A DNA stretch of 64,000 nt from Deinococcota bacterium. GTDB lineage: Bacteria; Deinococcota; Deinococci; Deinococcales; Thermaceae. The stretch lies in NCBI GenBank assembly GCA_041695225.1, contig JBGFRI010000037.1:61647-125646 (forward strand). Direction: 5' to 3'. A program made the translations under genes and the position numbers. Shown here one piece after another: positions 50,133-58,146 of this stretch; within the stretch, counting starts at the first letter, position 1, and each line of letters opens with the position of its first letter. The notes beneath the pieces were generated by a model. That model saw nothing but the letters and a program-made list of their open reading frames with translations. It was not told the origin of the DNA and did not search any database.

Positions 50133-50873
50133 ATGCCGCAAGATGACCCCAAAACCACTGAGCAGGATTCGAAAACCACGGTGCAGCTGGTATACACTTT
50201 CGGGCGCCACACCCGCATAGCGCACTGGTTCCGCTTTGTGCTGATCCTGTGGCTGGCGATTAGTGGTTTTTACCTGGCCGAGCCCTTCCTGACCCCCAAC
50301 CCGCATCTACCCATCCACCTTAACTTCTTTATGGCCGAGATGCGCGGCTTGCATGTTGCGGCCGGCTGGATCCTGCTGGCGCTGACCCTGATGCGCATCT
50401 ACGAGTTCCTCTTGCTCAAGCCCGGCCCCAGGCTTGGCATCGGAGCCGAGGTGGCCATGGTGCGGATCCTTTTCGACTGGCGGGCCTGGCGGGACCAGCT
50501 GGCTTTTTATCTGCTGCTGCGCCGCGACCACCCCCGGTATGTCTACTCCAACTACGGCCCGCTACAGTACCTGACCTATACCGTGCTTTACGCGGCCCTG
50601 GTGGTAGTGATCCTGACCGGCCTGATTCTGGCTGCGCCCTACCAGCCCACCGGCCTGGCGGGCTGGACCGGACAGGTGCTGAGGCCCCTCGAGGTCGCCC
50701 TGGGTGGGCTGGCCAACACCCGCGTTATCCACAACTGGATGATGTGGGTGCTGATTGTCTTCACCCTGCTGCATGTCTACATGGTGGTCTGGTACAGCAT
50801 ACGTAGCCGGACCATGACCATGGAGGCCATGATCTCCGGCTATCATGCCGAGGAGGTTAAGCCGCAAAAGTAA
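50133..50873 (+). CDS. hydC: Hydrogenase b-type cytochrome subunit
   Basis: Four TM helices with His ligands (RIAHW, GLHV, IHNW, LHVYM); YGPLQ. Confidence 0.93.
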   Translation: MPQDDPKTTEQDSKTTVQLVYTFGRHTRIAHWFRFVLILWLAISGFYLAEPFLTPNPHLPIHLNFFMAEMRGLHVAAGWILLALTLMRIYEFLLLKPGPRLGIGAEVAMVRILFDWRAWRDQLAFYLLLRRDHPRYVYSNYGPLQYLTYTVLYAALVVVILTGLILAAPYQPTGLAGWTGQVLRPLEVALGGLANTRVIHNWMMWVLIVFTLLHVYMVVWYSIRSRTMTMEAMISGYHAEEVKPQK

Positions 50874-50941
50874 GCAAGAAGCCTGAACACCCGCGGCCTC
50901 CCAACCGGGTAGGCCAGGGGGCAGGTCTGGGGAGACGAGAT

Positions 50942-51445
50942 ATGGCTGGTGAAATTCTGCTGCTAGGCGTGGGTAATATTCTATACGGCGACGAAGGTGT
51001 GGGGGTGGCCCTGGTCAACCGACTACAGACCAGGTATCGCTTTCCTGAACGGCTTCAGATTCTGGATGGGGGAACTCTGGCCTGGAACCTGCTCCCGCTT
51101 ATTGCCGGGCGCGAGCAGGTAATTGTGGTAGATGCAGTGGCGGCCGAGCCAGGCGCTATCTACCGCTTTGGCCTGCACGAGATACCCAGCGCCATCCAGT
51201 ATGGCAAGCTATCCTCGCACGAGTGGGAGATGCCCGAGCTGCTGACCGCCATGGAGATTCATGGCGACCTGCCCCCAACTACCTTTATCGCCATTGGGGT
51301 GCACCCGCTGGCCCTGGTGAGCCAGAGCCTGCAGACCGAGCTGAGCCCCATGATCGAGGCCCGCCTGGGGGCTTTGGAGTCGGTGGTCTTGCAGGAGTTG
51401 CAGAGGCTGGGTATAGAGCCAGTATCCGAGGTAGTGGATGCATGA
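50942..51445 (+). CDS. hydD: Hydrogenase maturation protease (HyaD/HybD family)
   Basis: GVGNILYGDEGVG, DGGT, VDAV, SSHE. Confidence 0.93.
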   Translation: MAGEILLLGVGNILYGDEGVGVALVNRLQTRYRFPERLQILDGGTLAWNLLPLIAGREQVIVVDAVAAEPGAIYRFGLHEIPSAIQYGKLSSHEWEMPELLTAMEIHGDLPPTTFIAIGVHPLALVSQSLQTELSPMIEARLGALESVVLQELQRLGIEPVSEVVDA

Positions 51446-51785
51446 GCTTGGCCTGATGCAGAGCATCCTGGATATTGCCGAGGAGTATGCCAGGCGTGAA
51501 GGGGCCAGCAGCATCCGCGAGATTGGTCTGCGGGTGGGGGCTCTGAGCGGCGTGGAGCCGGCCGCCCTGGAGTTTGCCTTTGAGGCGGCCAGACCGGGCA
51601 CCCTGGCCCAGCAGGCCCGCCTGAATATAGACTGGGTGCCTCTGGGGGCTATTTGCCCGGACTGCGGGGTGGAGTTCGCGGTTGATAATCCTTTTGGTAT
51701 CGCCCTGTGCCCGTCGTGCCAGCAGGCCGTAGCCGCCAGCAGCCGCGGTACCGAGCTGGAGGTTAGCTATCTCGAGGTGGAGTAG
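51438..51785 (+). CDS. hypA: Nickel metallochaperone HypA
   Basis: MHE start; two CxxC motifs. Confidence 0.96.
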   Translation: MHELGLMQSILDIAEEYARREGASSIREIGLRVGALSGVEPAALEFAFEAARPGTLAQQARLNIDWVPLGAICPDCGVEFAVDNPFGIALCPSCQQAVAASSRGTELEVSYLEVE

Positions 51786-51858
51786 CGTACTTTCTGCCAG
51801 GGGCTAACCAGTTGTACTAAACTTGCCTGGCAGACCACCGAGGCGGCCGCATTGTGAA

Positions 51859-52083
51859 GAGTTGCCCATCCGTCCCGAAGGACCCCGGAGCATGAAGCGG
51901 GGGCTGACGCTTCATACAAAAATGTCGAAGGTCGAAGGTCGAAGGTCAAAAGCTACCGGCTATCAGCTATGGGCTATCGGCTATGGACTATTGACTATCG
52001 ACTCATTGAATGGCGCAGGTCGCAGGTCGCAAGCCAAAAAGACCTGAGACTTGAGACCTGAGACTTGAGACGCTTCATAAAAG
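51859..52083 (+). repeat. Composite dispersed element, copy B (between hypA and hypB)
   Basis: Same head as 17914 and 61030; arrays bracketed by GACGCTTCATA(C)AAA direct repeats. Confidence 0.9.
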
Positions 52084-52095
52084 GGAGGTGCGTTT

Positions 52096-52800
52096 ATGAC
52101 CAAAGAAATCGGGGTAGAGATATCGGTTCTGGCCGAAAACTTCCAGGAGCGTGGGCGGCGCATTCAAGTCGAAAAAGGGGTGATGGCCCTGAACGACCAG
52201 TATGCCGCCAGCAACCGCGAGCGCCTGAAGGCGGCCGGGGTCAGGACCCTGAACCTGCTCTCCTCGCCCGGCGCGGGCAAGACCACCCTGCTGGCGCGTA
52301 CTTTACAGGAACTTGGAGCCCAGCACGCCATGGCGGTGATAGTGGGCGACCTGACCACCGATAACGACGCCCAGCGCCTGCAGGTAGGTGGCGCCACGGC
52401 AGTACAGATCCAGACCGGCGCCCTGTGCCACCTCGAGGCCGCCATGATCTCCCGCGCACTGGATGCGCTGAAGCTTGACGAGCTAGACCTGCTGTTTATC
52501 GAAAATGTAGGGAATCTGGTCTGCCCGGCCGCCTACGACCTGGGCGAGGAGGCCCGGGTTGTACTCTTTTCCACTACCGAGGGTGAGGACAAGCCGCTCA
52601 AATACCCCCGCATCTTCAAGAGCGCCAGCCTGGTGCTGATTACCAAGTCTGACCTGGCCGCCGTGCTTGGTTTTGACCGCGCCCAGGCCCTGGCAAACCT
52701 TGGCCAGGTAGCGCCCCAGGCCAGTGTGCTCGAGGTCTCGGCCCGGAGCGGGCAGGGTATGGAAGCCTGGTATGGCTACCTGAACCAGCAAATTTCCTGA
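52096..52800 (+). CDS. hypB: Nickel-insertion GTPase HypB
   Basis: SSPGAGKTT, CHLEA, ENVGNLVCP, EGEDKPLKYP, TKSD. Confidence 0.97.
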   Translation: MTKEIGVEISVLAENFQERGRRIQVEKGVMALNDQYAASNRERLKAAGVRTLNLLSSPGAGKTTLLARTLQELGAQHAMAVIVGDLTTDNDAQRLQVGGATAVQIQTGALCHLEAAMISRALDALKLDELDLLFIENVGNLVCPAAYDLGEEARVVLFSTTEGEDKPLKYPRIFKSASLVLITKSDLAAVLGFDRAQALANLGQVAPQASVLEVSARSGQGMEAWYGYLNQQIS

Positions 52801-52818
52801 GGCTATAACATAAACACC

Positions 52819-55149
52819 ATGCCAGACCACCAGGGCCAGCAACACTCGCAGACGCTGCGCCTCCGGGTGCGCGGGGTGGTGCAGGGGGTGGGGTTTCGGC
52901 CCTTCATTTTCCGGCTGGCCGAGCAGTGGGGGTTGTCGGGCTGGGTGCGCAACGACCAGGGGGGTGTCTTGCTCGAGGTCTCTGGCCGGCCCGAGGTGCT
53001 AGAGCAGTTTCTAGAGGCCATCCCCCAGCAGGCGCCCCCTGCTGCCAGGGTCGAGGGGCTCGAGGTGCTAAGCCAGGCCCCTGGCAGCCTGCCCGGCGGG
53101 TTTGCCATTGTCCACAGCGATGCTAGCGGCCAGGTGGCCACCCAGGTCTCGCCCGACCTGAGCATCTGCCCTGACTGCCTGAGCGAGCTATTCGACCCCA
53201 CCAACCGCCGCTACCGTTACCCCCTGATCAACTGCACCAACTGCGGCCCGCGCTACTCCATCATCCTGCAACTACCCTACGACCGGCCCTTCACCACTAT
53301 GCGGGCATTTGCGATGTGCCCCGACTGCGCCGCCGAGTACCACAACCCCCGCAACCGCCGCTTCCACGCCCAGCCTACCGCGTGCTCGGCCTGCGGGCCA
53401 CAGGTGTCTTTGCTGGACGCCAGGCTGCAACCCCTGGCCAGCCAGCACCAGGCCGTGGTGCAGGCAGCTAACCTGCTCTGCCAGGGGAAGATTCTGGCCA
53501 TCAAGGGCCTGGGGGGCTACCACCTGGCCTGCGATGCCAGAGACACCGCTGCCTTAGCGCGGCTGCGCGCGGCTAAGAAGCGCCGCTATAAGCCCCTGGC
53601 CCTGATGGCCAAAGACACCCAGGCCCTAACTGGCTACGTGGAGCTTTCCGAGGCCGCCGCCGCGCTTTTGCGTAGCAACGAGCGGCCCATTGTACTGCTA
53701 CCCAAAGGCCAGCTTGCCCTGCCCCAGGCTCTGGCCCCAGACAACCCCGACCTGGGGGTGATGCTACCCTACACCCCGCTGCAGCACCTGCTCTTTGCCG
53801 AGGGCGCCCCCGGGCTGCTGGTGATGACCAGCGCCAACCGCTCGGGCGAGCCCATGGTCTACCGCGACCAGGATCTGGCCACGCTAGAAGGGCTGGCCGA
53901 GTTTTACCTGGTGACCGAGCGGCCCATCGCCCGCCGGGTAGATGACTCCCTGCTGGCCCTGGCCGACCAGAAGCCCATGATTCTGCGGCGGGCCAGGGGC
54001 TTTGCCCCGGCCCCTATCCTGTACTCAGAGCGCTACCAGGAGCCCGTTCTGGCGCTGGGGGCCATGCTCAAGAATGCCATTGCCCTGGGTGTGCGGGGCC
54101 AGGTGCTGCTAAGCCAGCACCTGGGCGACCTGGAGGAGCTCGAGGCCCGCCTGGCCTTCCGCGAGACCATCCACGACCTGGCCCAGATGTACCAGGTAGA
54201 CCTGGAGCAGACCCTGGTAGCCCACGACCTGCACCCCGACTACCCCTCCAGCCAGTATGCCCACGAGTTGCCCGGCCCCAGGCTGGCCGTCCAGCACCAC
54301 CAGGCCCATATTGCCTCGGTGCTGGCCGAGCATCAGATCTGGACCGAGCCGGTGCTGGGCTTTGCCTTCGACGGCGCTGGCCTGGGCCAGGACGGGGCAG
54401 TCTGGGGTGGGGAGGTGTTTTACGGCTCGTTGGAGCAGGGCTTAAAGCGCGTTGGGCACCTGAAATATGCCCCGCTGCTGGGCGGCGATGCCGCGGCGGC
54501 TTTTCCACCCCAGGCCGCGCTGGGGTTTTTGCAAGGGCTAACCGGCTGGGAGAGCCGGCTGCCAGAGCGCCTGGTGCGGCAGGGCGCAAGCCTGCTGGCC
54601 TCGAGGCTACCCATCGCCCGCACCAGCAGCGTGGGCCGCCTGTTCGACACCGTAGCCGCCTTGCTGGGCTTTCACCAGCGGCAAGACTTCGAGGGGCAGG
54701 CCGCCATCTGGCTGGAAAATCTGGCCCGCGGCCACAGTCGAGCGAAGCCCCGGCCCAGCCTGAACCTGCCCTTAGCCCAGAGCGGCGGCATGGTTCAATG
54801 GGACTACCATCCCTTGCTGGGGGTAGTTCTGGACTGGCTTAATGGTGGCATGGCGCCAGACGCGGTAGCCTGGCAGTTCCACGCGGCCCTGGCCTCGGGC
54901 GTGGGAGAGGCCGCCCGGGCCCTGCGCCAGTGGTACCCCTGCTCGAGCGTGGCGCTTTCGGGAGGGGTGTGGCAGAACCGTCTGTTGCACCAGATGACGC
55001 TGGCCGAGTTGAGAGCGCAGGGCTTTGGCGTGCGGTGGAACCAGGCGGTACCGCCCGGCGATGGCGGCCTGGCCCTGGGACAGCTTGCCCTGGCCCAGAC
55101 CCTGGCCCAGAGTGTGGCCAGCGATGGGCCAGACCTGGGTAAGATTTAA
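52819..55149 (+). CDS. hypF: Carbamoyltransferase HypF
   Basis: Acylphosphatase GVVQGVGFRP, zinc fingers CTNCGPRY and RRFHAQP, HDLHPDY, QHHQAH, GDGGLALGQ. Confidence 0.98.
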   Translation: MPDHQGQQHSQTLRLRVRGVVQGVGFRPFIFRLAEQWGLSGWVRNDQGGVLLEVSGRPEVLEQFLEAIPQQAPPAARVEGLEVLSQAPGSLPGGFAIVHSDASGQVATQVSPDLSICPDCLSELFDPTNRRYRYPLINCTNCGPRYSIILQLPYDRPFTTMRAFAMCPDCAAEYHNPRNRRFHAQPTACSACGPQVSLLDARLQPLASQHQAVVQAANLLCQGKILAIKGLGGYHLACDARDTAALARLRAAKKRRYKPLALMAKDTQALTGYVELSEAAAALLRSNERPIVLLPKGQLALPQALAPDNPDLGVMLPYTPLQHLLFAEGAPGLLVMTSANRSGEPMVYRDQDLATLEGLAEFYLVTERPIARRVDDSLLALADQKPMILRRARGFAPAPILYSERYQEPVLALGAMLKNAIALGVRGQVLLSQHLGDLEELEARLAFRETIHDLAQMYQVDLEQTLVAHDLHPDYPSSQYAHELPGPRLAVQHHQAHIASVLAEHQIWTEPVLGFAFDGAGLGQDGAVWGGEVFYGSLEQGLKRVGHLKYAPLLGGDAAAAFPPQAALGFLQGLTGWESRLPERLVRQGASLLASRLPIARTSSVGRLFDTVAALLGFHQRQDFEGQAAIWLENLARGHSRAKPRPSLNLPLAQSGGMVQWDYHPLLGVVLDWLNGGMAPDAVAWQFHAALASGVGEAARALRQWYPCSSVALSGGVWQNRLLHQMTLAELRAQGFGVRWNQAVPPGDGGLALGQLALAQTLAQSVASDGPDLGKI

Positions 55150-55159
55150 GGAGGCAAAG

Positions 55160-55399
55160 ATGTGCTTGGGAATCCCTTACGAAGTGGTGGAAATTATTGA
55201 CCCGGAGAGCGCCGTAGTACGGCTGGGTGAGTCTACCCGACACTGCTTCACCGGCTTCTTAGAAGACCTGAGCCCCGGCGAGTGGGTACTGCTGCACGCC
55301 GGCCAGGCCATCGAAAAAATTGACCCGGCCGAGGCAAAGGAAAACCTGAAGCTAATTCACCTCTACATGACCGGCGAGGCGGTACGGGAGCCCATATGA
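55160..55399 (+). CDS. hypC: HypC/HybG chaperone
   Basis: MCLGIP N-terminus, WVLLHAG; AGGAGG SD. Confidence 0.95.
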   Translation: MCLGIPYEVVEIIDPESAVVRLGESTRHCFTGFLEDLSPGEWVLLHAGQAIEKIDPAEAKENLKLIHLYMTGEAVREPI

Positions 55400-55917
55400 A
55401 CGCCCTGTTTGCCTTTATCGAGAGCAAAGAAGACCAGACCCAGCAGGCCAAACTGCTGGTGCTGCCACTGCTGGAAGCTCAGGACCCCGACCGGCCCTGG
55501 ACCAGCGCCAATTTCCGGGCCCTCTATGCCCAGCGAGGCCAGCTTGACCCTGTAATTCAGCAGGCCCTGCAGCATCTAGAGGAGTACGCCATACCCCTGC
55601 TAGAGATCGAAGAGCAGCTCGAGCAGCTAGACCTGGAGACTTTTACTGAGTATATTGCCGAGTTTGAACAGCGCTTCTGGCAGCAAGCCTACGCCAGTGC
55701 GGGCGCCCCCGCAGAAGACGCCGCCGTTTATTTGTGCGGGGTACATACCTTGCGCGAGTCCGATGTGCGGGGCCTGGTGCAACAAAACCTGTGGGAGGTC
55801 GAGATCATTGCCCAGGCGCTGGGTGGCGCCGCCGAGTGTTCGGCTTGCAAGCGCGGCATCCAGCGCATCGTGCTGGAAGAACTCAAGCAGGCCAAAGCCA
55901 GGAAAACCCTGGCCTGA
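55396..55917 (+). CDS. Hypothetical protein with C-terminal BFD-like Fe-S domain
   Basis: YLCGVH...ALGGAAECSAC resembles the BFD [2Fe-2S] pattern; ATGA-coupled to hypC. Confidence 0.7.
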   Translation: MNALFAFIESKEDQTQQAKLLVLPLLEAQDPDRPWTSANFRALYAQRGQLDPVIQQALQHLEEYAIPLLEIEEQLEQLDLETFTEYIAEFEQRFWQQAYASAGAPAEDAAVYLCGVHTLRESDVRGLVQQNLWEVEIIAQALGGAAECSACKRGIQRIVLEELKQAKARKTLA

Positions 55918-55937
55918 GCAGGCCACCAGGAGTTACC

Positions 55938-56348
55938 ATGCAGACTGTGAGTCCCTTTGCCGCACTGACCCAGCCCATCCGCAAAGCCCAAGACCTGGCC
56001 CAGGCCGCCGAGCTGCTGGCCCAGACCGCCGAACGCGAGGGCTACCGGATTGTCGCGGTGCATCCTCTGTTCCAGTACGCCGGCGAGGAGTACCAGGGCC
56101 CCCGGGTAGTTACCCTCGAGCTCGATGCGCCCAAGCTATACCAGGCCTTTGTGACCAGCAGGCCCGAGATCGGCCTGGTTCTGCCTATGCGGGTAACATT
56201 GTTTGAAAAAGAGGGTGTGCTATGGGTGTCCATGCTAGACATCTCGGTCTACCGGGGCTTCCTGGGCGAGCTTTCGCTCGAGGCCAGCCGTATGCTGGAC
56301 TGGCTGGAGGTGACCCAGGAAATCCTGCTCCGGGCTCTAACCGGTTAA
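55938..56348 (+). CDS. DUF302-like protein
   Basis: GYRIVAVH..., IGLVLPMRVTLFE pattern; AGGAG SD. Confidence 0.75.
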   Translation: MQTVSPFAALTQPIRKAQDLAQAAELLAQTAEREGYRIVAVHPLFQYAGEEYQGPRVVTLELDAPKLYQAFVTSRPEIGLVLPMRVTLFEKEGVLWVSMLDISVYRGFLGELSLEASRMLDWLEVTQEILLRALTG

Positions 56349-56424
56349 GCAGGACTTTCTTCCCTACCCAGATAGCCGTTGGAGTTGTATAAGTATAGCA
56401 ACCCACTTCGGTGGGCATTCTAAC

Positions 56425-56465
56425 AGCGCTTGTGGGTTCCCTCCCTAGCCCACAGGCGCTTTTTT
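56425..56465 (+). terminator. Intrinsic terminator of the hydrogenase operon
   Basis: AGCGCTTGTGGG...CCCACAGGCGCT plus a T run; preceded by a CCCAC-TTCG-GTGGG hairpin at 56402-56415. Confidence 0.8.
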
Positions 56466-56662
56466 GTGTATTGGCGGGAGAATACCTCGGGGCACGGTTG
56501 TACCCGGCCTAAAAGTTAGGAAAGTCTTGCCGTGGCCGGTCTCTGCTGGTATTAGGTCGCTGGAAACTCCGACGCTGCCCGACCAACAAAAGCGAGGGTG
56601 ATGACGCTGCATCACCCTCGAGGTCTGGTGAGCCTGGTTCTGCCGGCTCGAGATGCCAGGCT

Positions 56663-57565
56663 TTACAGGGCCAGTGGTTCAAATACTCCGGCCAGAAGCA
56701 CCACCGCCCGCAGGAAGAAGACCCCGGCCAGAGCGGCTACCGCCGAGACCAGCAGCAGGGGTTTGCTTTTGCCCTTTACAAAGACGTAAACCCCAATGGC
56801 TAGCGGGATTATGATCCCTACCCCCACCACCCCCAGCCAGGTCATCAGGGCATACTGGCCATAGGCCATCTCGAGGGCCCCAATGCGTGCTCCAGCACTG
56901 CCAACGGTCAGGCTGACGTGCAAAAAAGCCAGAATGGCCAGTAGCTTGACGGCGTCGAGCCCGATGCTCACGCGCTGGCCGAAGACTGAGATCTGGTCAT
57001 CTACCCAGCCCAACAGGTTGAATAGCTTGAGCACCGCTATAGCCGCCACCGCGCTGCTGATTACAAACAAGATGGGTATCAGCGCGGAGTTCCACAGCGG
57101 AACACCCACCGCCTGGGTAAGCAGGAAGCCGGTGTAAAAGGTTATAACCAGGCCGTTGGCAGCCAGCACGCCCAGAAAAACCCTGCTCTGCTGAAGGGCC
57201 CGGGTCCAGCGCAGCCAGCGCATCTCACCTAGCCTGAGATGCCCAACCGCCAGGAAGAGAGACAGAACCAGATGCAGCATTAGTATGGCAATGCCGATCA
57301 TCATCCAGGAATGCCAGTTGAAGGTCCAGTTAATCAGCGCGTTGAAGAGCGCCGCTGGAAGATTCCACCAGCGGGTTAGAGTGCTGGCTACCAGAACCAG
57401 GCTGATAACCAGCGTGCCAAAGATCAGGAACGCCATCGGGGCCCGGCGCACAAAGTAGTAAGCGACCGAGCTCATCCCGGCGATGCCGCTGAACCACAAA
57501 AACCAGGCGATGATCCAGCCCCAGCGGGCGATCTCTGCCTGAAAGTAAATCTCGGGTGTCGTCAT
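56663..57565 (-). CDS. psrC: NrfD/PsrC membrane anchor
   Basis: About 8 TM helices; WGWIIAWFLW, SWMMIG, YTGFLL...PLWN. Confidence 0.9.
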   Translation of the reverse strand: MTTPEIYFQAEIARWGWIIAWFLWFSGIAGMSSVAYYFVRRAPMAFLIFGTLVISLVLVASTLTRWWNLPAALFNALINWTFNWHSWMMIGIAILMLHLVLSLFLAVGHLRLGEMRWLRWTRALQQSRVFLGVLAANGLVITFYTGFLLTQAVGVPLWNSALIPILFVISSAVAAIAVLKLFNLLGWVDDQISVFGQRVSIGLDAVKLLAILAFLHVSLTVGSAGARIGALEMAYGQYALMTWLGVVGVGIIIPLAIGVYVFVKGKSKPLLLVSAVAALAGVFFLRAVVLLAGVFEPLAL

Positions 57566-58146
57566 GGTCCCACCACCACAAAGTATTTCGGCTCGGTGCC
57601 GAGGTGATCGAGTAGCCGCTTGGTACGCCGGGTGCGCAGGGTTTTGCTGATGGAGCTGGCTGGGTCGTTAATGTCGCCAAAGTCGCGGGCGCCAGCCGGG
57701 CAGACCTGCACACAGGCTGGCCTCTCGCCTTTTCGCAGCAGCTCCAGGCAGCCGTCGCCCATGCACTTCTTGGGCAGGCCGTTGTCGGGGTGCATCCAGC
57801 GCACATTGTATGGACACGAGGTCACGCAGTACTTGCAGCCCGCGCAAAACCTGGGGTTAAGCACCACCAGGCCGTTTTCGTCGTGCTTTACTGCGCCAAA
57901 GGGGCAGGTCTCGACGCAGGGCGCGCTGGTGCAGTGCATGCACTGCACCAGCAGCAGCTCGGGCCGACCCTGGGGGCTCGTGGTCTCGATCCGGCGGATG
58001 TTGGAGGCCAGCGAGCGCCACCCCCTCTCTACGCGCAGCATCATCTCCGGAGCATTGGTAGCGGTGCAGGCCAGCACACAGGCCGCGCAGCCAACGCAGC
58101 GGGTGGAGTCCCACAGGTGGGCATAGTTCTTTTTTCTCATACTCAC
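57562..58146 (-). CDS. psrB: 4Fe-4S electron transfer subunit
   Basis: CVGCAACVLAC, CMHCTSAPC..CP, CAGCKYCVTSCP, PACVQVCP; GTEP tail. Confidence 0.9.
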   Translation of the reverse strand: MSMRKKNYAHLWDSTRCVGCAACVLACTATNAPEMMLRVERGWRSLASNIRRIETTSPQGRPELLLVQCMHCTSAPCVETCPFGAVKHDENGLVVLNPRFCAGCKYCVTSCPYNVRWMHPDNGLPKKCMGDGCLELLRKGERPACVQVCPAGARDFGDINDPASSISKTLRTRRTKRLLDHLGTEPKYFVVVGP

